Shown here: positions 43,154 through 54,951 of the stretch, one piece after another
Numbering within the stretch: position 1 is the first letter of the stretch
Layout of the letters: each line of letters starts with the position of its first letter
Assembly (NCBI GenBank): GCA_965240325.2
Contig: OZ251224.1
Span: 2,418,001-2,482,000 of the forward strand
DNA: 64,000 bases
Direction: 5' to 3'
Source: Rebecca billardiae RCC1528
Lineage: Eukaryota; Protista; Haptophyta
The notes under the pieces: generated by a model
Seen by the model: only the letters and a program-made list of their open reading frames with translations
Database searches by the model: none
What the model was told of the DNA's origin: nothing
Position numbers and translations under genes: made by a program

Positions 43154-45598
43154 TCAATGTGATGACGACGATGCCGCAGCGCTGCGCTCCCACTCGGTGC
43201 AGTGCGGCTTGTGTACCCGCCACGCGCGCTGCAGGTGCTCTCGACAGCAGAAGACCGCCACATGGCACCGCTCGCACTTCCTCACGCCGTGGCCCGACTG
43301 TGCGCACACCATGCAGCAAGTGGAGGCCACCTCGCGATCTCCTGCAAAGTCGCTGAGCAAAACGATGGGATCCACTCTGGCGCTGTCAAGCTCGTGGCCG
43401 CGGCGCAGCAGCCGCACGCCCTCGCCCACGTTGCGCTCCACGCCCTCTCCCGCCAGCAGCAGCCGCGCCAATCCCCCGTGTGCACTTGAGAGCCCGCGAT
43501 CGACTGCTAGCCGGTACCAGCGCGCCGCCTCGGCCATATCCGGCGGCACGCCCTCGCCCTCTTTGTAGCACCAGCCCAGGTTGCACTGCGCAGGTGCGTA
43601 GCCCTGCTCGGCCGCCAGCCGGTACCAGCGCACCACCTCGGCCCAATCCTGCTGCACGCCCTCGCCCTCACGATAACACTCACCCAGGTTGAACTGAGCA
43701 GTTGCGTGGCCCTGCTCGGCCGCCAGCCGGTACCAGCGCGCCGCCTCGGCCATATCCTGCTGCACGCCCTCGCCCTCACGATAACACTCACCCAGGTAGA
43801 ACTGAGCAGTTGCGTGGCCCTGCTCGGCCGCCAGCCGGTACCAGCGCACCGCCTCTGCCACATCCTGCGGCACGCCCTCGCCATTCTCGCAGCACAGGCC
43901 CAGGTTGTACTGCGCCAGTGCGTGGCCCTGCTCGGCCGCCAGCCGGTACCAGCGCGCCGCCTCGGCCATATCCTGCGGCACGCCCTCGCCATTCTCGCAG
44001 CACAGGCCCAGGTTGTACTGCGCCAGTGCGTGGCCCTGCTCGGCCGCCAGCCGGTACCAGCGCACCACCTCGGCCCAATCCTGCTGCACGCCCTCGCCCT
44101 CACGATAACACTCACCCAGGTAGAACTGAGCAGTTGCGTGGCCCTGCTCGGCCGCCAGCCGGTACCAGCGCGCCGCCTCTGCCCAATCCTGCTGCACGCC
44201 CTCGCCATTCTCGCAGCACAGGCCCAGGTTGTACTGCGCCAGTGCGTGGCCCTGCTCGGCCGCCAGCCGGTACCAGCGCGCCGCCTCGGCCATATCCTGC
44301 TGCACGCCCTCGCCCTCACGATAACACTCACCCAGGTAGAACTGAGCAGTTGCGTGGCCCTGCTCGGCCGCCAGCCGGTACCAGCGCGCCGCCTCTGCCC
44401 AATCCTGCTGCACGCCCTCGCCATTCTCGCAGCACAGGCCCAGGTTGTGCTGCGCCAGTGCGTGGCCCTGCTCGGCCGCCAGCCGGTACCAGCGCGCCGC
44501 CTCTGCCCAATCCTGCTGCACGCCCTCGCCCTCACGATAACACTCACCCAGGTAGAACTGAGCAGTTGCGTGGCCCTGCTCAGCTGCCAGCCGGTACCAG
44601 CGCACCGCCTCGGTCACATCCCGCAGCACGCCCTCGCCCTTATGGCAGCACCAGCCCAGCGCGCATTGTGCATCTGCATAGCTGTGCTCGGCCGCCAGCC
44701 GGTACAAGCGCGCCGCCTCGGTCATGTCCTGCGGCACGCCCTCGCCCTCAGCATAACACGCACCCAGGTTGGACTGCGCCCGTGCGTGGCCCTGCTCGGC
44801 CGCCAGCCGGTACCAGCGCACCGCCTCGGTCACATCCTGCGGCACGCCCTCGCCCTTCGCGCAGCACACGCCCAGGTTGCACTGCGCGGGTGCGTGGCCC
44901 TGCTCAGCCGCCAGCCGGTACCAGCGCACCGTCCTTGCCCTATTCTGCGGCACGCCCTCGCCCTTGGCGTAGCACCAGGCCAGCGCGTATTGTGCATATG
45001 CGTCGCCGTGCTCGGCCGCCAGCCGGAACCAGCGCACAGCCTCGGCCATATCACGCGCCACGCCCTCGCCCTTCTCGCAGCACAAGGCCAGCGCGCATTG
45101 TGCATCTGCATCGCCCTGCTCGGAGGCCAGCCGGTACCAGCGCACCGCCTCGGCCATGTCCTGCGGCACGCCATCGCCGTTCTGGCAGCACCAGCCCAGG
45201 TTGCACTGCGCAGCTGCGTAGCCCTGCTCGGCCGCCAGCCGGTACCAGCGTACCGCCTCGGCCTGGTCCTGCGGCATGCCCGCGCCATCACGGCAGCACA
45301 CGCCCAGCTTGAACTGCGCTGGTGCCAATCCCTGCTCGGCCGCCAGCCGGTACCAGCGCGCAGCTTCTTCGAGATCCTGCTCGTGCCCGTGCGCTCCCTG
45401 AGCGATGTGATCGCCCAGCCAATGCTGAGCGTCCGCGAACCCGCGATCCGCGGCGATGCGGCAGAGACGATCCGCCTCGCGCAGGTCGCGCGCGACGCCG
45501 TCGCCCACTTCGGTGCGTTGCGCTAGGATGAATGTGGCATGCGTGTCGCCCCGCCCCGACCGACGTCGGAGCAGCCTCACCGCGGCGTTGCCCTCCAT
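43154..45598 (-). CDS. Sel1-like repeat protein (about 19-20 repeats) with C-terminal zf-MYND, 814 aa
   Basis: 36-aa AQxxLGxCxxxGEGVxQDxAEAxRWYRLAAEQG repeats; CMVC..CERC..FCCREH..W..HKPHC; intronless. Confidence 0.95.
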   Translation of the reverse strand: MEGNAAVRLLRRRSGRGDTHATFILAQRTEVGDGVARDLREADRLCRIAADRGFADAQHWLGDHIAQGAHGHEQDLEEAARWYRLAAEQGLAPAQFKLGVCCRDGAGMPQDQAEAVRWYRLAAEQGYAAAQCNLGWCCQNGDGVPQDMAEAVRWYRLASEQGDADAQCALALCCEKGEGVARDMAEAVRWFRLAAEHGDAYAQYALAWCYAKGEGVPQNRARTVRWYRLAAEQGHAPAQCNLGVCCAKGEGVPQDVTEAVRWYRLAAEQGHARAQSNLGACYAEGEGVPQDMTEAARLYRLAAEHSYADAQCALGWCCHKGEGVLRDVTEAVRWYRLAAEQGHATAQFYLGECYREGEGVQQDWAEAARWYRLAAEQGHALAQHNLGLCCENGEGVQQDWAEAARWYRLAAEQGHATAQFYLGECYREGEGVQQDMAEAARWYRLAAEQGHALAQYNLGLCCENGEGVQQDWAEAARWYRLAAEQGHATAQFYLGECYREGEGVQQDWAEVVRWYRLAAEQGHALAQYNLGLCCENGEGVPQDMAEAARWYRLAAEQGHALAQYNLGLCCENGEGVPQDVAEAVRWYRLAAEQGHATAQFYLGECYREGEGVQQDMAEAARWYRLAAEQGHATAQFNLGECYREGEGVQQDWAEVVRWYRLAAEQGYAPAQCNLGWCYKEGEGVPPDMAEAARWYRLAVDRGLSSAHGGLARLLLAGEGVERNVGEGVRLLRRGHELDSARVDPIVLLSDFAGDREVASTCCMVCAQSGHGVRKCERCHVAVFCCREHLQRAWRVHKPHCTEWERSAAASSSSH

Positions 45599-45804
45599 CG
45601 CGGCCGGATGAGTAGATCAGCCGGGTACAGCTCGAAAATCCCGGATCGTGTTTTTGCGCTCCACCACGATGGCGCTCACGCCGTTTGTTCACGTCGGTGT
45701 TTGAGAGGGCATCAGACGAAGCGTTCAAGCCGCAAGTCTCGTGGGCTAGTTCCATGCCGTTGAGGAGCACGAGCACCAGCAAGTTTGTCTCACTTTGGGG
45801 GGGG

Positions 45805-46258
45805 GAGGGCACTTTGAGACAAACCGCGTGCGCACGCCCGAAGAGCTCACCAACTGGGGAGAGCAAGCTTCCCATGGGCTCTTGGCGCGTATCTGGCGTC
45901 CCTACTACCTCCCATGGCATGGCCAGCCGTCAGGCTGGCGTCCGCTTGCAGTAGTAGACTACCTTGCTCACGTCACTGAAGGGCACCGTGCATCGCGGTT
46001 CGCGGCCGTCTCACAGTGGCAGGGCACGACGTTCGGCGGCTACGGTTGGTGCGTGCAGGCCAGGCATGGGCAGCGGAGCGGCCGGCAAACGGGCGGAGGT
46101 GCCAGGCATGCACCTTGGGCACACATGTGACGCGCCTCGACAGACTTGCGTCCACCTCACCGGGCGCTGTAGCGCGTGCGAGGCGGGCGCCATGCACCAC
46201 GCCCAGTGGGTGCCACTGGGCCGCCACCGGGCCGCCGCCTTTGTCTCAAAGTGCCCTC
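45805..46258. mobile_element. MITE-like element (~454 bp) with perfect 19-bp TIR
   Basis: GAGGGCACTTTGAGACAAA (45805-45823) / TTTGTCTCAAAGTGCCCTC (46240-46258); no TSD identified. Confidence 0.6.
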
Positions 46259-46918
46259 TGTCTCTTTCTGCCCTCATCGACCTGTAAGGGCCCTTGCACC
46301 GGCGTTGGGCCCGCGACGAAAGTCACGACACCGGCCGACAGAGCACCGCCTGCACCGCCATCGAATACAATAGCTTGAGCGCTGCTTGAGCTTGCTGGAG
46401 CGCGATCCACCTGCGCTGCGCGGCTTGCATGGACCTGTCGTGCCCCGGTCGAGGGCGGTGCATGTCCGGATGTCAGCTGGCAGTCTCAGCCGCTGGTACA
46501 GTAGCAGCTGGTCCAGCCTGCCCCGTGCGCCCCGGGCGGCCGCATGCGTGCTTGCCGCTTGATCTAGCTGGCTGGCTGGCTGCGGCATGCGAGGTTGCGG
46601 CGTCCAGGGAGCGCTGCGCCCGCTGCTGCGGCGCCTCCTCGTCGTGCACGTTGTCGCCCTAAGGCGAGTCTAGGTTCGCATGGAGGGGGGCAGCAGGGAC
46701 TGGCGCGGTCGACGCCAGGCGCGCCGCCTTGTACGCGCATGGCGTCATCAGGAGACCGACTCTACTCTAGGAGAGCGCATCTCATATTCTTCGTTGCAAA
46801 CTGTATGATGATTTACCTACACAGACGGGTATGACGGCGCAGGTCTCCTGACGATTCGTCGTCGGCAGTGCCCGATCGTCGACAAGTCGGCGTTGGTGGC
46901 AGAGCACCGGTCGCCTGC

Positions 46919-46980
46919 TTTTTTCTTAAATTCCCCTTTATAACGGGCTCCGGGTGATCAGACTGGCGGCCGAAGCCTCC
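46919..46980 (-). repeat. ~60-bp A-tailed repeat, copy 1 (possible 3' end of a non-LTR retroelement)
   Basis: Reverse complement reads ggaggcttcggccgccagtctgatcacccggagcccgttataaaggggaatttaagaaaaaa and matches 54849-54916. Confidence 0.7.
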
Positions 46981-47887
46981 ATCCAGCGTTGGTTGTTTGC
47001 TTGCAGGCTTGCCGTGCCAAATTCGGTTGCAACAAGTAACATCACACATGTCCCAGCTATGATCAATTATTCATCATTATTCATACAGTGATACACACAT
47101 AATCATCGCGTAATATCAATTAAGCATGCCGCTGATAACTAGTGAGCCGCTGTTTTTTTTAGCGCATCATATATGCAGCACAATCATATGCAACGCCACT
47201 CAGGGCATATGGTCGCGTGGCGCCTGGCGACCGACAACGGACTCTGACTCAGTGACTCTGATGAGGGCCTCGGAGGCAGACTGCCAATAACTAGCAGCAC
47301 ATGCGCGCGGAGCCGTGCGCCGCAACACTACTCGTCTGCAGGGCTCCGGCGGACGGCAAGTTGGTTGGCCCGGCAAGCGCACTGCTGACTCGTCTCGGCC
47401 ACGCAGGAGCGCATGGCTGAAAGCCGTCCGCCTGAGTGAGAGAGTCTCGTGGATCCAGCGCCAATAACTGCCAAGCCGCTCAGACCGCGCCGAGCTGCCG
47501 CGCCGTCCACGCCCCCAAAAGGCCCACTCCCGCCGCCCGAGCATCCTGACTCGGACGACTTTCACTTTGCAGGCCGCAGCGGGCCTCAACTCTCAAGTAG
47601 CCGTAGGCCGCCGCGCCGCTGAAGGCGCAGCCGACGACCCCGGTGTGGAGTCACTAGCTAGTCAGCACGTGGCTGCACGTGCGACTCTGACAGAATGACT
47701 CTCGCCCTCTCGGATGGCGACGACATGGTCGACATGCGCCTCACCCCCGGCCCCACCGCGGCCGCGCTGCCAGTGCCCGCCCGTTCGGTCGGCGCATCAC
47801 GCGTGCAGCGCAGTGCCATATTACGCGGTACATGCGCGCTGCGCTTCCACTCGGGCCGAATATAGGGTGAGCAGAGTTGTAACTGAC

Positions 47888-49253
47888 TCAGTGTGAAGAC
47901 GATGATGCCGCCTCAGCGCTGCGCTTCCCCTCGGTGCAGTGCGGCTTGTGCACCACCACGCGCGCTGCAGGTGCTCGCGGCTGCAGAAGACCGCCACGTG
48001 GCAGCGCTCACACTTCCTCACGCCACGGCCCGACTGTGCGCACACCATGCAGCACGTGGAGGCCACCTCGCGATCTGCGGCGTAGCCGCTGAGCCAAAAC
48101 ATCGGATCCAGGGAGGCGCTGTCAAGCTCGTGCCCGCGGCGCAGCAGCCGCACGCCCTCGCCTACGTTGCGCTCCACGCCCGCGCCTGCCAGCACCAGCC
48201 GCGCCAATCCGACGTGTGCACGTGGGAGCCCGCCGTCGACTGCTAGCCTGAACAAGCGCGCCGCCTCAGCCCAGTCCTGCGGGACGCCCTCGCCCCTCTC
48301 GCACCACACGCCCAGGTTGAACTGCGCATCTGCGTTGCCCTGCTCGGCCGCCAGCCGATACCAGCGCGCCGCCTCGGCCATGTCCTGCGGCACGCCCCCG
48401 CCCTTCTCGCAGCACACGCCCAGGTTGAACTGCGCAACTGCGTTGCCCTGCTCGGCCGCCAGCCGATACCAGCGCACCGCCTCGGCCATGTCCTGCGGCA
48501 CGCCCTCGCCCTTGGCGCAGCACACGCCCAGGTTGCACTGCGCAAGTGCGTCGCACTGCTCGGCGGCCAGCCGGTACCAGCGCGCCCCCTCGGCCATATC
48601 TTGCGGCACGCCCTCGCCCTTCTCGCAGAACACACCCAGGTTGTACTGCGCCCGTGCGTTGCCCTGCTCGGCCGCCAGCCGGTACCAGCGCGCCGCCTCG
48701 GACGTATCTTGCGGCACGCCCTCGCCCGTCACGCAGCACTTGCCCAGGTTGCACTGCGCATTTACGTTGCCCTGCTCGGCCGCCAGCCGGTACCAGCGCG
48801 CCGCCTCGGCCCAATCCTGCGGCACACCCTCGCCCTTAAAGCAGCACACGCCCAGGTCGAACTGCGCATCTACGTTGCCCTGCTCGGCCGCCAGCCGGTA
48901 CCAGCGCGCCGCCTCGGTCATGTCCTGCGGCACGACTGTGCCCAAACTGAAGCACCTGCCCAGCGCGTACTGCGCTGGTGCAAACCCCTGCTCGGCCGCC
49001 AGCCGGTACCAGCGCACACCTTCTTCGAGATCCTGCTCGTGCCCGTGCCTTCCCTGGGCGTGGAGATTGCCCAGCCAATGCTGAGCGTCCGCGAGCCCAC
49101 GATCCGCGGCGATGCGGCAGAGGCGAGCCGCCTCGCGCACGTCGCGCGCGACGCCGTCGCCCACTTCGGTGCGCTTCGCCAGCATGAACGTCGCACGCGC
49201 GTCGCCCCGCCCCGACCGGCGTCGGAGCAGCCTCACCGCCGCGTCGCCCCCAT
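47888..49253 (-). pseudogene. Sel1-repeat (about 10)/zf-MYND paralogue with two frameshifts
   Basis: ATGGGGGCGAC versus ATGGAGGGC(G/A)AC in paralogues (-1, giving MGATRR*). TGGTGGTGCAC versus TGGCGGGTGCAC near 47955 (-1) removes the HKPHC ligands. An internal in-frame ATG at 49185 could give a truncated product. Confidence 0.8.
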
Positions 49254-49412
49254 CGCGTCGGACACCCCTCGAAAAGCCTCGGAGCAAGCTCGGAGGGTGA
49301 CGAGAGTCGGAGACCGTTGGTCGTTTGTGAAGCGGCAGCAGCAGCTCTTGATCGGTGGAGCTCGGCAGCTCGCGGGTGCGCAACGGTGAGTTGCGCGCGC
49401 TCGCGCACAGGT

Positions 49413-51541
49413 ATGACGTCGTCGATCACGTTCGAGGGGCTGACGATCGCGCTGCCGTTGGGCACGCGCATGGAGATCAAGGGGGGCACGCTTCAGCTGC
49501 ACATGTGCAACGCGACGGGCACGGTCGTCATCGCCAGGGCGGCCGACGAGGCGACTGGCGCGCGCGCGGAGCCCGCGCCGCCGCCCTCGTCTGGCGGCCG
49601 GCGGCCGGCGGCCGGCAAGCGCACGCCCGACTCGGCCATGCAGGAGCGCACGGCGAAGGCCGTCCGCCGGAGGGTCTCACGCATCCCGCCCAAGCCGCTC
49701 GACCGCGCCGAGCTGCCGCCGTCCGCCCCCCCAAACGGCCCACTCCCGCCGCCGAGCATCGACTCTGACGACTTTGCGCCGCCAGCCGACACGGACGTCA
49801 AGGCCGCCGCGCCGCTGGAGGCGCAGCTGACGGACCCGGCGTGGAGCGACGTGATCTCGGCTGTCGACGACGCGCGCCCCGCCCCCACCGCGGCCGCGCC
49901 CGTGCCCGCCCCCTCGGCCGGCGCGCCGCGGGCGGTCCTTGCGCCGCTTGGTGCGGACACATCGCTCGGGGCGGTCGCGCCGACCGTCTGGCGCTGGCGC
50001 AAGCTCGAGCTGGCGGCGGGTGGGCCGTGCGCGCGCTGGGGGCACACCGCGGCGCTCGCGAGCGTCCCCGCCGCGGACGGCTCCCCTGTGGTGCAGCCGA
50101 CCGTGCTGCTGTTCGGAGGCGAGTCGCTCGTCGGTGACGGCGAGGGCGGCGTCGCGTGCGCGGACATTTGGGCCCTGCCGCTCGGCGGCGGCGGAGGGGC
50201 CGCGTCGTGCGCCGCCGGCACGCTGGCGTGGCGCCGCGCCGGGCCCGACGCGCGCAGCGCGCCCATCTGGCACTCCGCCTGCGTCGCGCCCGGCGCCGAC
50301 GGCGCGCCCACCCTCCTGGTCATGGGCGGCGAAGAGGGCGCGCACGACTCGCGCCAGCCGTCCAACGCGCTCGTCGCCTTCGACGCGGTGCACGGCACGT
50401 GGTTTGAGCCCTTCGTGTCGGGCGCGCCGCCCTCGAAGCGCTCGGGGCACTCCGCGACGATCGCGCCGTCGAGCGGCGCGGCGGGCGCAGGTGGGAGCTC
50501 GATGCTCGTGTACGGCGGCACAGGACCGCGCCGCTTTGCCGAGCCGGAGATGTGGGCGATGGACGCAGCCACGTGGAAGTGGTCCGCGCGCGGCGCGGCA
50601 CGGACGCGCGCGGGGGGCGTGCACCAGGGGGCCGTGCGCGCGCGCGCCGACACGCCGCGAGATCCCCCGTGCCGCGCGTCGCCGCTCGTGCGCGCGCAGG
50701 CGCAAGCTCGGCTGCGTGGGCAAGCCGCCGTTCGCGCGCACCTACCACTCAGCCACGCCCATCTCCGGTGGGCGGCTTCTGGTGTTCGGAGGGAACGACG
50801 AGGAGCGCTCGTTCGGCAAGGTGCGGCGCCGCGGCGCGCGCGCCGACGCGCCGCGTGCTCGGCGCCCACGCCGACGCGCCGCGCCGCGCCGGCCGCGCGC
50901 GCGCAGGGCAAGGTGCACGTCTTCCACACCGACACGCACGTGTGGACACACCCGGATGTGTCGGGCGAGCTGCCGGCGGCGCGGACCGGGCACGTGGCCG
51001 TGCCGTTCGGCGGGCGGTACGTGCTCGTGCACGGCGGCTGGGACTACGGCAGCGACGGCGACAGCTTCGACTTCCGCGAGGACGTGTGCGTCCTCGACAC
51101 AGGTGGGCTGCCGCGCGCGCGCCGTCGCCGGCACGGCGCCCTGTCTTGCCCGCGCCCGCCCGCACGCGTGGCAGCAGCCTTGGCGGCGACTGATGACTCG
51201 GGAGCTGCGCCGCCGCGCCGCGCGCGCCCGCCGGCGCAGAGACGTGGGTGTGGTCCAAGGTCACCTGCCTCGCGCCACCCGAGGGCGCGCCCGCGCTGCG
51301 CACCGGGCACGTCGCCGTCGCGTGCGGCCGCTCGCTCGGCGTGCACGACGACGGCTGTGCGGGCATGTCGGACGAGCTGCTGCGCGCCGAGCCGATGATG
51401 CTGATGCACGGCGGCCGGAGCGACGGCGACGAGGCGCTGGCCGACGCGTGGGTCCTCCAGCCGCTGCTCGATGCGGACGAGGAAGAGCCGTGCGGGGGTT
51501 CAGCGCCGGGCGCTGCCGAGGGCGCGCAGCAGTCGCAGTGA
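49413..51541 (+). CDS. Kelch-repeat beta-propeller protein; introns 50582-50699, 50821-50906 (or 50912), 51103-51239
   Basis: PCARWGHTA..LLFGG, PSKRSGHSA..LVYGG, PFARTYHSA..LVFGG, PAARTGHVA..LVHGG. GT-AG junctions restore the frame. Confidence 0.9.
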
Positions 51542-51843
51542 GCACCCACTGCGCAGAGGGGAGACGGAGTGTAAGCGGCCAGCGGGGCGGGAAGTGCAGC
51601 CCACACTCCGCAGGCGACGGTCGACGTGGCATGTGTCGGTGTTGCGCGCAGGGTGGCTCACAGTCCGAGCATACCGTTAGGGCCACCCTGCGCCAGACCC
51701 CGCGGTCGACGACGGTGACGTCACTGTCGGATGTTCACACCGAGACACAGTGTACTTCATATGTGCCGACGGCATCGACGATGAACAAATTGGTTGATGA
51801 TGGTTTGATGATGTCGCGTCAGAGTAAATTAGTAAAATGTACT

Positions 51844-51846
<3 letters not shown>

Positions 51847-51883
<37 letters not shown>

Positions 51884-51907
51884 TGTCACACACACACACA
51901 CACACAG

Positions 51908-51953
<46 letters not shown>

Positions 51954-51995
51954 CTGACATGATATCGTTATAATATATATATATATGTATATGCG
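51847..51995. repeat. Compound (CT)n/(CA)n/(TA)n microsatellite
   Basis: Direct reading. Confidence 0.95.
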
Positions 51996-52928
51996 CGTGT
52001 GAGTGTGTTTTTAATAGTCAGATCAGGAACGACGAACTGATGTATATATATACGTCGTTATGGCCCGCGGTGCAGGGCGGAGCGCGCAGCGTGGAGCCCG
52101 CACCAGCGGGCCCGAACCACGTTTCAAAAAGATCTTTGATCAAAGAAAAAAGGGACGGGGCGGTGTTTTCCAGAGTGGGGAGACCGAGTTTCGATTTTTT
52201 GAGACCTCCTTACACATGGATTAAGCGTCGAAAAAGGTCGCGCCCGCCGTCTTGAATAGTGAACAGAGGAATCAACGAAACCCACGCCCAAGTGTGCCAG
52301 GCTGGGTAAATTTTGTGGGTAGACTCTCGTTCATGTGTGATAGTTTGCCTCTGCCTTGATGAATATGAACTTGGCTTCGCGGCGGTTGGTATCTAGAGTC
52401 TACAACCCGCAAGCCTTATTGAAAATACCCGCGCAGCTATTCGTTGCCAGCCCATTCCATAGTCACTGACTTACCGAGCTGGCGAGCTCAAAACCTGCCG
52501 CCGTCGCAAGCACGTGCGCAGGTTTCTTCGGGGGTGGCGAGCGAGCCGCGACGACTCTTGGTCCAAGGGGGCGCTCGATGGGCAGGTGCGCGTGGCGAGT
52601 GCCGAGTGGCGCCTGGAGCGCGCGTCTGCGGCGGGTCCCGACGGCCGTCGACATCGCGTTCGTGCCCGCTCACTAGTCACTCCGCACGCCCCTGCCGCGC
52701 CCTGTCGATGCCTGCGCGGCCGGCCGCGCGGCCGCGCCGCCGCCGCCGCAGCCGCCGCCCTGTGTTCGGGCTCTCGCAAGCTCGGGGGCAGCGGCGCATG
52801 ATGCCGGACTGATCGATCTCTGAGTCTCCGACTTCACCACACGCCCCCCTTGCCATGCCTCTCCGCCAGGGTCTCCCAGAACTCTTCTTCAGAGCAGGCG
52901 CAAGTCGAACTGGCCGCGGCCCCGGCGC

Positions 52929-53435
52929 CGTCGGCTCCCCGTGGCTGTCAGCTCCGCGTGGCCTGGGCGCCTGGCGTGCCCAGAGCTGGCCGTGCCTCTG
53001 CGACGCGTGCCGAGCCTGACCGAGGTGTGTCACCCCGTGCACGCGCGGCGCGCGCAAGCACCGGTGCTGCATGGCTGCTCGCACCGTGCTCCCTGGCTCG
53101 GTCAGTCAGCTCAGGCCGCGCGCGCCTGGTGTGCACGTAGAGTCGCGCTCATGCGTCGCTCACGCCTCGCGCCCGCCTGTCGGCCGTCGCGCAGGCGCGC
53201 AGGTCGAACCCTACTGACCTGCAGATCATCTACTCCTGCGCTGCTGGCGTCGCGGCGACGACGGTCAGCGGGCAGCGGCAGGCCCGAACGAACGGTCGAA
53301 TGCGCGGTCCCGCGCCGTCGGCTCCCTGGCTGTCAGTCAGCTCCGCCGGTGGCCTGGCGTGCAAGAGTCGCGCTCGTGCGTCGATCACGCCGAGTCGCAT
53401 CCGCCTGTCGGCCGTCGCGCACGCGCAGGGGGTCA
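52929..53435 (+). repeat. Degenerate direct repeats (2-3 copies) in non-coding DNA
   Basis: gctccctggct..gtcagtcagctc...agagtcgcgctc.tgcgtcg.tcacgcc...ccgcctgtcggccgtcgcgca at about 53088 and 53320, partial at 52929. Confidence 0.7.
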
Positions 53436-54848
53436 GGTAAGGGCCGTCTGTGATGAGGGCAGCTCGGCCGACGACCGACATCCACACTCGGCGCACGCCA
53501 GCCGCCGACGCGCCCGCGCCCGGCCGGCCGGCCGGGCCGGCGGCGGCGCGGCGCTGGGCGGCGCGCCGCTGGATGGAGTCTAGTTACGTACGGGACGACT
53601 GCGACGGAGGGTGCACCGCCACCGCGGGCCCCGAACTACGTTCGTTCTACGGAAAAGGACCGCGGAACGCGGTCATTATCGTTTTATTTTTTTGAAATCT
53701 GAATAGCTCGATCCGTGGCTGGCCCTCATCTGTCACAGTGCCTGCAGAGCTCTGACACTTGCCGTCGGAGCTTACCGTTTACTAATACTAGTAATACTAT
53801 AAGATTTAACGTGCACACTTGCCCTTGCCCGGGCCTTGGTTCAGGCGTGATTGACGCCATCCAACACTGCACAAAGACAGTAGACACCGCCGCACACGGC
53901 ACAAAAACAGTCACAGACCGGCGCAGCAGGTGAGTGGCGCGTTGCCGCACCTTGCATCGAGGCGGCGATTGCAGCAGCAAGAACGGCCGCCCCTCGCTCG
54001 GAGGCACCTGCCGTCGTCGTTGCCAGGGAAGTCGCGAGCTCCGCCGATGGAGAGCTGCAGAAGCTGCTTGAGAGCTGTGCACGAACTGCGACGCAGTGCA
54101 CACTCCTTCATGAGACCTTCACCGCCGCCAGCTTAGGCAGGCGAGATTGACGCCCGCCAACTGTACCGAGTCTGAGAAAAGTATGTAGTAGTAGTACACA
54201 GTGACAGAGCTTCCAGTCTTCTCCGCCTATTGTCGGTCTGTTTTGTGGCGGTGTCTTTGTGCAGTGTTGATATGGAGATAGTAACTGCTGTAACCGATGT
54301 TGAATGTCGCGGTCTACCCCCTCTGCCTCCATAGCTGCACGAGTGAAATACAGGCGCCTCGCTGCCAGGGCCAGTGGCCCAGACCCCTGCCCAGCTAGTA
54401 GCTACTGGGCTCGCTGACAGTCCCCTCCGTCCCCTTCCCCGCGCAGGGATCGGCTAGTGGCTGGCCCTCTGCCCACACTGGGGCACCCTAGGGGGTGCCC
54501 CTTCTGCCGACTCGGCTCAAACTCGATGATCTTGAATTGCAAGGCAGTGCACTGCTTGTACCTGGGACCACCCCACAGTGTTGGGCTTGTATGCTGTTGG
54601 AATGGCATACCCCCGCCCCCTCGTCTGGAGGCGGGCTGTCCACAGTGGAGTGGTGTCAAGGCACTAGGTGTCTCGGTCAGTGGTTTGAGGTTGGGTGAGG
54701 GTGGTGGTTGGTTGGGGGCTGGCCAGGGTACTGTTTTTTCCGGCGGCGCTACCATCGGCGACGGCTTCATGGGCGGTGACAGTTGGCGGGCGTCGATCTC
54801 GCCTGCCTGAGCTGTGTGCGTCTCTTATTCTTAGTAAACTGTAGGGCT

Positions 54849-54916
54849 GGAGGCTTCGGCCGCCAGCCTGATCACCCGGAGCCCGTTATAAAGGGAATTT
54901 TTTTTTTAAAAAAAAA
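54849..54916 (+). repeat. ~60-bp A-tailed repeat, copy 2
   Basis: ggaggcttcggccgccagcctgatcacccggagcccgttataaagggaa followed by a T run and an A run, 35 bp upstream of the Sel1 ATG. Confidence 0.7.
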
Positions 54917-54951
54917 GGTCTCTGCGGACGGGTGTCTGGCAAGTTGCCGCG

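Noticed and set aside
49386-49410. GTGAG...CACAG mini-intron before the kelch ATG
   Set aside because: 25 nt is far shorter than the other introns here (85-258 nt) and cannot be supported without transcripts.
53657-53700. Hairpin plus T-run resembling a Helitron end or intrinsic terminator
   Set aside because: No CTRR terminus at the expected distance and no bacterial context.
53716-54845. Lower-GC segment with short inverted repeats (about 53860-53910 and 54238-54270)
   Set aside because: Probably a TE remnant, but no boundaries, TSD or coding motif could be supported.
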